Part shown: positions 1 through 9,791 of the stretch, piece after piece
Layout: each line of letters begins with the position of its first letter
How positions within the stretch are numbered: the stretch's first letter is position 1
From: Nemertoderma westbladi
Taxonomy: Eukaryota; Animalia; Xenacoelomorpha
Assembly (NCBI GenBank): GCA_032718475.1
Contig: JAUCBJ010002054.1
Coordinates: 1-64,000 of the forward strand
Length of the DNA stretch: 64,000 nt
Direction of reading: 5' to 3'
Translations under genes and position numbers: made by a program
The notes under the pieces: generated by a model
What the model was told of the DNA's origin: nothing
Databases searched by the model: none
Seen by the model: only the letters and a program-made list of their open reading frames with translations

Positions 1-26
1 TAGGATTAGACGGAACATGCTGCAGC

Positions 27-1192
27 TGTAAAAGCTTTTGCGTAATTAGCCGGTTATTTTCCCCGTAAAGTACTCTGTAGTTGGTTTACTGGGCATAAAA
101 AGGCCGTGTCCTTACTGTACTGGTGTTTTAGAGGACATAAAAGCCATTTCTTCTGTATTTGTACTTTAGAGGACATAATCCGCAATTTCGGGACGCAATA
201 AGCTCGATACTCTTGAAAACAGTGTCGCTACCATGACGACGGCTAACAGCTGATATTGCCACGTCGACATTTCTTTGTTTCTTTGTTCTCTCGTTGTTCG
301 GTCGACCAATCAGAGCGTTTTCTGTCTCTGTGTTGGAGGTGGATACAGAAACTCAGGAATTCAGTGTTATGTTTTTGCCCAGAGCCTAAGAACACCGGCT
401 TTTGGCACCTCCGTGTTTCAGTCTTTAGTCTTACATTAGTAGGCTTAATTATAGAACGTATATCTGTTATCGAGTTAACGAGTTACCTTATCAATGCTTA
501 CTAAACATATCATGCATATCTTACTTAACATTACTGCTTTTGCTGTCGGTTATTCATTATATTTGTTGATGGAAGATTATATTTGGAATACTGATCAATA
601 GTCAGACACCCAACCTTCTTGATATACTAAAGGTTAGAGAGACCGGTTACAGATAAACGATTGCGACCTATGTTAAGTGGTTTGAAGTGAATCTAATGCT
701 ATTTTATAGGCCCTACATGTATTGTCTGTTATTCTCTTTGTATGTGACTAAAATTAGTGAAGGTCGGCAGATTGGTGTGCAGCATTGTGCAGCATTGTGT
801 ATGATTGTGACTGATAACAAAGCATCTCCTAAAGAATGCGCCATATACGTGAATCTATAGCCATCTCATTGCGTCTGGTTTAAGTCATAACTCTGTTTAC
901 ATATTTAGAGCGCCACGTCCTAAAGGAACTGTTAATATTTCCCGAAAGTGAATAATATTTGTCAGAGATTATATATTACGATCAGTCGAATAATACAGTA
1001 GGCTTACACCATCAATCATTAAGCTTCCGAATTCAGTCTCCCGGGTATATCCAGCGGGTGAATGATTGCGCATAGACTGGCTTCGGCTAATGTAGTGTAT
1101 CAAATACTCGTCATAGGCTAAAGACTATCTATCATCTAAAAGACATCCTAATTTGGCAGGTTAAACTGTCAAAGGTCTTAAAAGCGCAAACA
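27..1192 (+). repeat. 5' LTR of E1
   Basis: Starts TGTAAAAGC, ends GCGCAAACA; I count about 6 substitutions versus the 3' copy by eye. Confidence 0.96.
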
Positions 1193-1203
1193 ATAACAGA
1201 TAT
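1193..1203 (+). other. Candidate self-priming primer-binding site of E1 (ATAACAGATAT)
   Basis: Directly follows the 5' LTR, has no TGG, and is the exact reverse complement of LTR 460-470 (ATATCTGTTAT). Confidence 0.7.
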
Positions 1204-1470
1204 TGCTTCTGGATTGCGGCGTAAGCAATCAAGTCGAAAGTACCGGTCGACCGGAAACCTGTAGGCCTGACTGCCTGATCACCCGAACCGGTACTTACAG
1301 TACAGGTACAGCAGTATTATTCGATTTTGATAATTATATACCGGTAGGCCTTAATAATTAATCAGGGACTGCAGCCCTGGTTTTTTATTGAGATTTTACT
1401 TATTTCTGTCAGTTTTATTTATTTGTAGGCCAGTATTGAGCAGAAGGCGTGTAAGCTTGCTCAGTCTATA

Positions 1471-2045
1471 CAGACAATTGTAGGCTGGACTGTTGTTGTC
1501 TGGCTGTTGTTGGGTCTGAACGGATTGCAGTGTGTGTAGAGTCTGTCCGATAAAGTACGGTTAGGAAGTAGGGGCAGCCAGAGCTGTAAGGTCAATCCCC
1601 ACCTAAAGAATAAGTCGTACTACCGTGTTAGAACGCATACTAACTAACCATTTTGGAATCTGCACATACTGTAGTTTATTTAGGCTTGATAGTAGTCTGC
1701 CAGCGTTTGGTCTGTACTTTGTTTGTGTAGTCTGTACGGGTAGCGTATAATTTTATTTAGATAATTTGTAGGCTGGATAGTTGTCTGACTGTTGTTGGGT
1801 TTGAGGAAATTTCGGTGTGTGTAGAGCATCTGTCCGATCAAGTGCTAGTTGGGAACGTAGGGGCTTCAAGTGCTGTGAGGTAAACCCCCTGTGAAAGAAT
1901 AAGTCGTACTACTGGGTTAGAACGCATACTAACTAATCATTTCGGAGTCTGCATATACCGTAGTTTGTTTAGGCTTGATAGTAGCCTGTCAGTATTTGGT
2001 CTGCATTTTGTTTGAGTAGTTTGTACGCGTAGCGTAATATTTATT
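1471..2045 (+). repeat. Two ~288-bp tandem units in the E1 leader
   Basis: Units start near 1471 and 1759 (..ATTGTAGGCTGG.. to ..GTAGCGTA..); the same duplication is in E2 at ~29455-30030. Confidence 0.85.
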
Positions 2046-3385
2046 ATTCAGAGTTTATGCTATTATTCGCAACATTCATTCCCCAAGTTTATTCCTACAG
2101 TAATTGTGTATGTTATACATACCGTTATAGTTAAACTAACCCCGGTACTACATCAGGGCTGCTCGGCGTAGGTAAAGACTGGAGATTTTGTGCTTTGGTC
2201 ACTCCGGCAGATACCGTGGTTCTTTTAGCTGTTCAAGTATTTTTAACTACTAATTATTTGTTGTACAAGTACTTGTACCTAATTTAGGGTTTAGTGTACA
2301 GTACTTTCCGAAGGTGATTAGTGTGTGGGCAGTATATTTGTGTTGTAAAGTGGTTAATAGGCACGTTGGTTCTGGTAGACCGCGGTAATTAATCTCTAGG
2401 TAGGAACACTCCGTGATACATAACGTAGTACCTATAGCGATACGGTTATAGGTCGTCAGGCGGTGGTATTTTCCTATCTGGACAACGCAGTATATTTACT
2501 ACTACTTATTATTTTCAAATACCGTAGTAACCTGTCCGTTGTAATAACCAGATATTCTAACCCTTTGTTAGGCTGGTTAGTAGACTTCTTGTAAAATTAC
2601 CCTAAAAATTCGTATTTGTGTATTTGTAATTAAATTTTTGTGTTTATTTAGAGATTGTAATCTCAACCCGAATTGTACGTAATTTGTAGTATTAAGTAAC
2701 TTAGGTAAATTAGAATTATTTGTTTTAGTGTCTAACAAGTAGCACTCCACTGAGAGCGCACAGCTTATGTGTAGTGACTCCCCCAGAAATAATAACATTT
2801 ATTTCAAACATTGACAAAACCCATTAAACGGGTATATATATATTATAAATCAACTCAAACGATTTATAAATAGTAGGCCTGCCATACAACAACTAGGTCT
2901 CAATATCAGTTGGACTACTGCTTAAATAACGGTAATAAAGTAAGTTAAAGTAACCAAGTAACCCTTAAAATTCAGAAATTCAATTATTCTAAAATAATTG
3001 ACATACCGGTATTTACAATAGGCTTATTATATTTATTTCTATAAATTTTAGGCTGAAATCATACCGGTATTCTGTAATTAATTCTAGTCTGTAATTATAC
3101 TTATATATATACATTATAAGTGTAAGCTGCATACCGGTATTCACGATAGGCCTATTATATATATATAAATTTAGGCTGAAATCATACCGGTATTCTGTAA
3201 TTAATTCTAGTTACTAATAATACTTATATATACTATAAGCATACCGGTATTCTAATATTATATATATATCACGCTACACTGAGTAGCAGTATCGGTAATT
3301 AATTACTAGGCTAGCAGTTAATGCTGAATTACTAGACTTGCTTAGACTGTAATATAGCAGTAGGCATTCAACTGTACAATCAAAC

Positions 3386-6300
3386 ATGTCTGACACAAAA
3401 CAAACATTGTCAGATAGCCTCTTAGAAAGTGCTAGAATGAGTGTTAGACAGGGTCTTAAAAAGATCTGGGACTCAGCTAAGAGTATAGAGCGTCTGAGAC
3501 CAAAGTCCAAGTCCCCTCCTACTGTAAGCAAGGTCATCCCTACAGTAGTAATATCAGAACCTAGGCTGGTCCAACATCGTAGGTCTATCATAGGCACTCG
3601 AGCGCAGGTCAAGCGGGACCAAGAAGCATCGGAACAGCAACAACCCGCGAGCCAAGAATTTATTCCTCAGCGGCCCGACAGCTCCAGTAGTGAGGATACT
3701 GTAGAGCTGACACCCGAGCGCGGAGCAAAGATGACGGATGCGATTTATTCGGATCCCCTTCTCATCCTTCCTGCAGCCGTACTCACTAGGTTATTGATTG
3801 CGGTGGAAGAACACCAGATCGATTGGGCGAGAAATAAACGATCGACTAAAGATAGTTATGCGGGATACACAAGGGAAGAACTGAAGTCTATTGTCAAGTC
3901 GCAATGGAACTTCCCCGGACCCGGACTCCCGTTTGATTTATCAGAAGCTGCCTGGGAAGACATACACCGGATGGGAGTAACCAAGGAAACCATCGATCCA
4001 GCTGTGCGGAAGAGGTCCGCAGCCGGATACGCACAGGGATTCTTCAGCTCTATGGAGCGACTAAAAGAACAACTGTTTCAACAACCACAAGGACCTCAAG
4101 AGCAGGGACAACTGCTTTATCAAGTTAGAGAAAGAATTCTGCGAATCAGGCTAATCTTATCGGCCTTTGAAGAGGCTTCTAAAAGAAGACAAGACACGTC
4201 GTTGCAAGTTGCCGTAAAGACTTGGTTTCGGCGGGTGAGTCTCCAGGTTCAAGGAACAGCTCAGTGGAAAGCTCAGCTGGAGGAGCGCTCAACCCATGGA
4301 GAATCAACAGACGCTACTTTTTCCCAAGTGGAAAGTGAAGCGACGGCAGAGAAACCGCATAAGAGGGATGCCATTGACATCTATCTGTCAGACTATCAGC
4401 GTTTTTTAGGAGATGAAGAGTTGAGGAGAAGGTTAGATGGACTTAGCCCTAATAGTGAAGGAGCCCAGCGTGTGTTGGACGCAATTGATGTGGATAGGAT
4501 AGCTGCGAACCAAGCTAAATTTGATGAAAGTATCCGCATCGCTAAGGTTCAAGAAGAACAAGTAAAGAAAAAACGTATAGAAGATAGAAAGACAGCAGCA
4601 GCGGCAGTGGCAGCGGCAGAAGCGGAAAGAAAGGCAGCCGAAGCGGAAAGAAAAATAGCAGTGGCAGAAGCAGAACGGAGGGCATCTGAAGAGACAACCC
4701 AACTAGAGTTGGAAAATCTTCAAGAGAGACAAGACAACTTTAATAAACAGTTAACAGCTAGTAATATGCAGATGATGAATCGATCTACTCCCAAAAGACA
4801 AGGTTATACATCATCTGAGGAAGGCGATACCACCGACACTGAAGGCGGAGGAAATCGATCTCGCCTAAGCAGACGTAAAAGAATGTCCCACCATCAGAAA
4901 TTGCCTGATTTGCCCCCAGCTGTTAGAAGGCAACTAAATAACACCAACTTAGGTAGTACAGAACCCACAGACCAAATAATTACAATAGAAAGACTCCCTA
5001 CTATAGTAGATGAGCCTGAAATAATTAGGCCTGTTCCCGAAGCCACCCTTTCGGTGGTAGAGACACCTGTACTCCCTGAACCTACCTCTAAATTCCCTTT
5101 GCACAGTACCAAGCTACCTGTGCCCAGCAGAACAGCCCATGAGACAGTTCATGCCCTGGACTCCGAGCGAAATATTCATGATTTGTCGCCCGTTGTCCCT
5201 CGTCCGCCCGCTACAACGTTGGCGAATCCCGCTTCGGCGGTCGAATGGGTGGATGAGAGACGACGGGGGATGGATCTCCTGCTCGGACAGATGCAGGAGA
5301 CCGTTCAGCAATTCAAGGGCACAGTAAGGGAAAGTAGGTTAGAGTTGCAAGAAGTGCAGCAAAGTATCGCGCTAGAACGCGATAAATTAGTAAATACACA
5401 AAGGGGTATACCACCACCCCCTGTAACAATGTGTCAACCTGTTAGGTCTGAAGTATCTCATGCGCAAGGTGTGGAGCCTACACGCATATATACTGCTAGC
5501 GAAGTAGAAACTCCTATAGTCAACCCTATTAAGGGTAATTATAGACCTGTTGATAATGATATTCCCTATAGACCGGATCATAATCCGAGAAATTTCTATA
5601 CCGATAACTCGATATTAAATAACACGATGGCCCAAGAAAGTTTTACGCGTCAAATGGCTAGAACCGAAGCCCGGCAAGCGGTAAAGGTTGGAGAGATAGT
5701 CAAGTTCAATGGAGATGAGATGAAATGGTTACCTTTTAATGAATATTACAAAGATAACATACAGAACTCTGTGCTATCCAACGGAGAGAAACTTAGATTC
5801 CTCATCGAGTGCTTGGAAGGATCTCCCAAGTTAATGGCGTCAAAGTTTATTGGACATCCAGATGGATTAAGACAAGTTTGGGATACACTAAACATCAGGT
5901 ATGGTAATAGGACTAACATAGCTAGGTATTTATATGCGAAATTAATGGCGCCCCGAAAGTTTCTTAGCAGCGGGATTATAGAGTTTTCCGACGAGATTCA
6001 GGAGATCTGTAGACAACTAGATTGGTTAGGTAAGTCTCATGAATACCAGAATTCTATGGTTGTAGGAGCCTTAGCATCTACTTTGCCCAAGGGTGGAGTA
6101 GGTACACGCTGGGACAAGAAAGTGTTATATATGATGGAACAACAACGACGAGACCCTACCATGGCTGATCTCATGTCATTCTTAGATAGAGAAGTGAAAT
6201 TACAGCTCCTAAGGCAGTCCAGAGAGAAGACACTGGAAAACAAGGTAAGTGAGAAACCCGTTTCTAGGAGAAGGGTAACACCAGTGTGTTATACAGACGA

Positions 6301-7969
6301 CGGCGAAAGCCAGACTTCTCAAGGAGAGGATAGCGGGAAAGACACTGAAAGATCTTATTATGTCAATAAAACGCCTAAAGACCAGGTAAGTAAATTCAAG
6401 TCTCGAACCAATGACAGGAGAGAACAGGTAAGAAAAACTCCTCCTACGTCTCCCAAGAGAATTCAGGTGAGAAAGCCCGAGGAAAGAACGAACGTGCACC
6501 ACACAGCACATGTTAAAGTAAGTAACATCAAGCCCAAATGTGTGCTGTGCGATGGGCCCCACCGTTTAAGTGCGTGTGATGAATTCCTGAGGAAATCACT
6601 AAAGGACAGACGTGAAGTCATGTGGGATAAGCGGTTGTGTTATAATTGCCTCAGACGAGGACACCAACGGCGAACCTGTTACTCCGACGCAAGGTGTGCA
6701 AAGTGCGGCGCAAAACATCATATCTTGTTGCACACGGAATTCGAACGAAACAGCCCGAGTCAGGTAAGTGAGTCCGAACTACATGTCCAATTCAGTGATG
6801 TGAACGACACTGACCAATATTCTGAGATGGAAGGATTCTATACGGACGAATTCTCCGACGAAAACGAATCCTGTTACCTGACAAATACCGCAGTGTATCG
6901 AGCACTTACGTATGAAAAGGACACCGACAGCGAGCTCCCCCTAACTACTTCTGACAGACAACCATCTTGGAAAGCGCCAACTTCCAATGTAGGAATCCGA
7001 GAATTTCCTGTAGTACAGGTAAGGGTCCACGGACCTAAAAGGAGTTATGTAGTGAACGCCCTCCTTGACTCCGGTAGTACAGGAACATTCATCGACAAAG
7101 AACTAGCCGAAGACATCTTTGCTGGACAACCCAAGTTCCGAACTAAGCTAAACATGTCAGGAATTATGCAGGTTTGGAAATCTACAGTAACAGCGGATTA
7201 TTATGTAGGTGCGTTGTCCACCCCCCAGGACGAACTAGGAGAACATAGCATAAGGTCAGTAAAAATGGTGGCAATAAAGAACTTCGCTACCACCCAAGTG
7301 GAACCTTATAACTGGGATGAGGACGATTTCACCCAGCAGTTTGAAATACCTAGATTCAACACCGATTACCCTGGAGTCCAAATACTCATCGGTCAAAATG
7401 CGCATGAAGCGCTCGAGACATTGGAGAAACGGCCTGCTCAACCGCAACCTCTACAAGTTTATGCGGGAAGAACTAGAGTAGGTTGGTACTTTACTGGCCC
7501 TTCTCGTAGAACCCTTATGGAAAGATTACCAAAAGAACAGGTATATCAATTAAGTGAACGGGAAGTGGAGAGCAGTGAAGTTGACGACCCAACTGAGGGA
7601 ACACCATACTCCTCAGATAATGACGACATCAACTCCAATGAAGATCAATGGAGACATTGCCCCGAGACGATCAATCTAGCCGACATCGCTTCCAGAGGAG
7701 CAACTCCTCAAGAACTTACAGATACTCCAAACCGGTTAGGTGGACCCGACTTCCTAAGTAAAGAAGATGAATGGCCTCCTCATCTTACCACGGTGAAGAT
7801 TAGACTGGCCAAGGGAGCGGAGAAAGTAACACAACCACTCAATCGCCCAGCTGGTCGTTTATGTTTACCGGAAAGAGACCGAAAACTGTCCGGAAACTAT
7901 GGAAGGCAAGATACTCTTCCCACGACCACCTCCCTAATCCAACAAATATCTAGGGACTCCATAACGTGA
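3386..7969 (+). CDS. BEL/Pao Gag-protease polyprotein with RT/RNase H/integrase deleted in frame (1527 aa)
   Basis: Pao Gag core (FNGDEMKWLPF..LSNGEKLRFLIECLEG), three Cys/His knuckles (CVLCDGPH, CYNCLRRGH, CAKCGAKHH), aspartic protease LLDSGS. Then only WRHCP..NLADIASRG (end of Pao RNase H region) and LNRPAGRLCL (integrase C-terminal tail). No YxDD motif and no DDE core. Confidence 0.92.
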   Translation: MSDTKQTLSDSLLESARMSVRQGLKKIWDSAKSIERLRPKSKSPPTVSKVIPTVVISEPRLVQHRRSIIGTRAQVKRDQEASEQQQPASQEFIPQRPDSSSSEDTVELTPERGAKMTDAIYSDPLLILPAAVLTRLLIAVEEHQIDWARNKRSTKDSYAGYTREELKSIVKSQWNFPGPGLPFDLSEAAWEDIHRMGVTKETIDPAVRKRSAAGYAQGFFSSMERLKEQLFQQPQGPQEQGQLLYQVRERILRIRLILSAFEEASKRRQDTSLQVAVKTWFRRVSLQVQGTAQWKAQLEERSTHGESTDATFSQVESEATAEKPHKRDAIDIYLSDYQRFLGDEELRRRLDGLSPNSEGAQRVLDAIDVDRIAANQAKFDESIRIAKVQEEQVKKKRIEDRKTAAAAVAAAEAERKAAEAERKIAVAEAERRASEETTQLELENLQERQDNFNKQLTASNMQMMNRSTPKRQGYTSSEEGDTTDTEGGGNRSRLSRRKRMSHHQKLPDLPPAVRRQLNNTNLGSTEPTDQIITIERLPTIVDEPEIIRPVPEATLSVVETPVLPEPTSKFPLHSTKLPVPSRTAHETVHALDSERNIHDLSPVVPRPPATTLANPASAVEWVDERRRGMDLLLGQMQETVQQFKGTVRESRLELQEVQQSIALERDKLVNTQRGIPPPPVTMCQPVRSEVSHAQGVEPTRIYTASEVETPIVNPIKGNYRPVDNDIPYRPDHNPRNFYTDNSILNNTMAQESFTRQMARTEARQAVKVGEIVKFNGDEMKWLPFNEYYKDNIQNSVLSNGEKLRFLIECLEGSPKLMASKFIGHPDGLRQVWDTLNIRYGNRTNIARYLYAKLMAPRKFLSSGIIEFSDEIQEICRQLDWLGKSHEYQNSMVVGALASTLPKGGVGTRWDKKVLYMMEQQRRDPTMADLMSFLDREVKLQLLRQSREKTLENKVSEKPVSRRRVTPVCYTDDGESQTSQGEDSGKDTERSYYVNKTPKDQVSKFKSRTNDRREQVRKTPPTSPKRIQVRKPEERTNVHHTAHVKVSNIKPKCVLCDGPHRLSACDEFLRKSLKDRREVMWDKRLCYNCLRRGHQRRTCYSDARCAKCGAKHHILLHTEFERNSPSQVSESELHVQFSDVNDTDQYSEMEGFYTDEFSDENESCYLTNTAVYRALTYEKDTDSELPLTTSDRQPSWKAPTSNVGIREFPVVQVRVHGPKRSYVVNALLDSGSTGTFIDKELAEDIFAGQPKFRTKLNMSGIMQVWKSTVTADYYVGALSTPQDELGEHSIRSVKMVAIKNFATTQVEPYNWDEDDFTQQFEIPRFNTDYPGVQILIGQNAHEALETLEKRPAQPQPLQVYAGRTRVGWYFTGPSRRTLMERLPKEQVYQLSEREVESSEVDDPTEGTPYSSDNDDINSNEDQWRHCPETINLADIASRGATPQELTDTPNRLGGPDFLSKEDEWPPHLTTVKIRLAKGAEKVTQPLNRPAGRLCLPERDRKLSGNYGRQDTLPTTTSLIQQISRDSIT

Positions 7970-9791
7970 CAACATACGGAGTGGGTGTGTGACTATATTA
8001 TTTTATATTTATTTTTATTATTTTATATTATGTATGTATTATTATGTAATTTTATTATAATCGTTTTCTTTAATTTTATTTAGTAGAATGTTATTTAGTG
8101 ATTATTTAGTAGATTAGTGCAATATATTAGTGTTTATTACTTAATTACTTATATATTATATTTAGTGCGACGGCGAGAAATAATTCTTTTTCTCCTTCCT
8201 TACTGTCCGTATTACATTACAAATACGTAACTACAGTAAGATGAAATGTCCGTACTTATTAAAGTACAATAAAGCCACTACTATATTCAAGTATTATTGG
8301 TAGGCAGAGTATTAGGAATGCAAAGTTCAGATCCTCGTGTCTCGGCTAAACCAAGCTCTGGGTAGACCTTGGAAACGACTTGCCTCTTCACACTGACATT
8401 GCTTCGTGCGATATTGCTCTCATACCGTATATTAAATAATACATATAGTAGCGTGATGTCCCTTTAACAGTAGCGTAAAACGCAAAATAAATCTGTTAAA
8501 CCCTTTGACCATCTGCAATTCTAGTCGATTAAGATATCGCGGCACCCACCGATATACTTGAAAGACAAAATTCTAGAATCAGTGGTTAACGTCCCCAGAC
8601 AAGTTCTGGAATAAATTGGTGCCCATCTCAAATATTAATTATTTAATATTTACAAATCTATAAATCAAAATCTGTAAAATTCAGATCCTTTAACAATTCT
8701 AGTCGATTAAGATATCGTAGCACTTACCGATACTCTTAAAAGACAATTTTCATAGAATTAAGGATCCTATGTCCCCAGACCTGCTCTGGAATCAAATTGT
8801 GTCAATTTAACTATCAAATAATAAAATTTCAGGGAATAAATTTAAATTCATACTTTAATGAATTTAATAAATTGCAATTTTATGCAATTTATAACATTCC
8901 CAAAATTCCATTAATTAATAGATCATGGGAGCGGAGATTCACTATATTCAGTGTATTTGTGTGTGAGAATCTCCAATGTATAGTCAATAGCCGATAAAAT
9001 TCATAAAATCACATATAGAGAGGATATTGACAATTAAAGAATTACTATTAAATAGCATCCCAGATCTGTATGCATGAGAATTACCCTAATTCTACCGCTA
9101 GCTTTCCATAATGTCACCATGGCAACAACCACGCTAGAATTAGAAGTGAGTTAAAAGAACAATAAAGGGCTTGCGTATTGAATAGCATACGGAATAAATA
9201 GCACACCGCTAGTATCCAAGGATACATAATAACAACGTGACATTCTGGAAGGCACTTGACTAACGGACAAATGACCCGAATGTGTGATAGAATGTGCACC
9301 ATTTGTGACAGTTACGTGGAATTTGTGCGTTTGTAGGTGAATGTTACTACTAAGGTGTGTTTACAGTAGCGAGTCGCAATTGTGAAAGTAACCCTAACTC
9401 TCCAGTAAGAACCTGAAGTATATCTAAGCCTTTGGGACGGACGGTGGAGTGGCTCGTGCTGGTTGTTGTAGTCGTTGTGCAGCTACGACGTTGGCGATAG
9501 GCACATCGGCGAAAGTACACCAGCGCTGAGGATCTCGCACTGTCCGGGGGCAGAGAGGGGTAGGCAGCGACGCCCGCTCGCCTAAATATAAACTCATTAT
9601 AATATGGATAAACTTATATAGCAGATATGATTGAGTTGATAGAAGATGATCTTGGTATCAGGGAGCGATATACTCTACCTTTACAAGCGTTTGTTGATAG
9701 CTTGATACGCGGCGACGCTGGTCCAACTACTACGGAGGACGATGGTCGTTATATCTAACCGCCAATCTCCCGGGAGCAACTTGCGCGTGGG

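Noticed and set aside
256-504. Short ORFs repeated in LTRs (256-504/11456-11704, 28648-28842/40064-40258, 43944-44156/56474-56665)
   Set aside because: Repeated only because LTRs are duplicated; no recognisable domains, and the frames are not conserved between E1 and E2.
8298-8309. TGGTAGGCAGAG resembling an initiator-Met PBS after an AATAAA
   Set aside because: Needs a one-base gap, is not preceded by an LTR ending in CA, and lies downstream of the gag ORF; no second copy of the preceding segment exists within the element.
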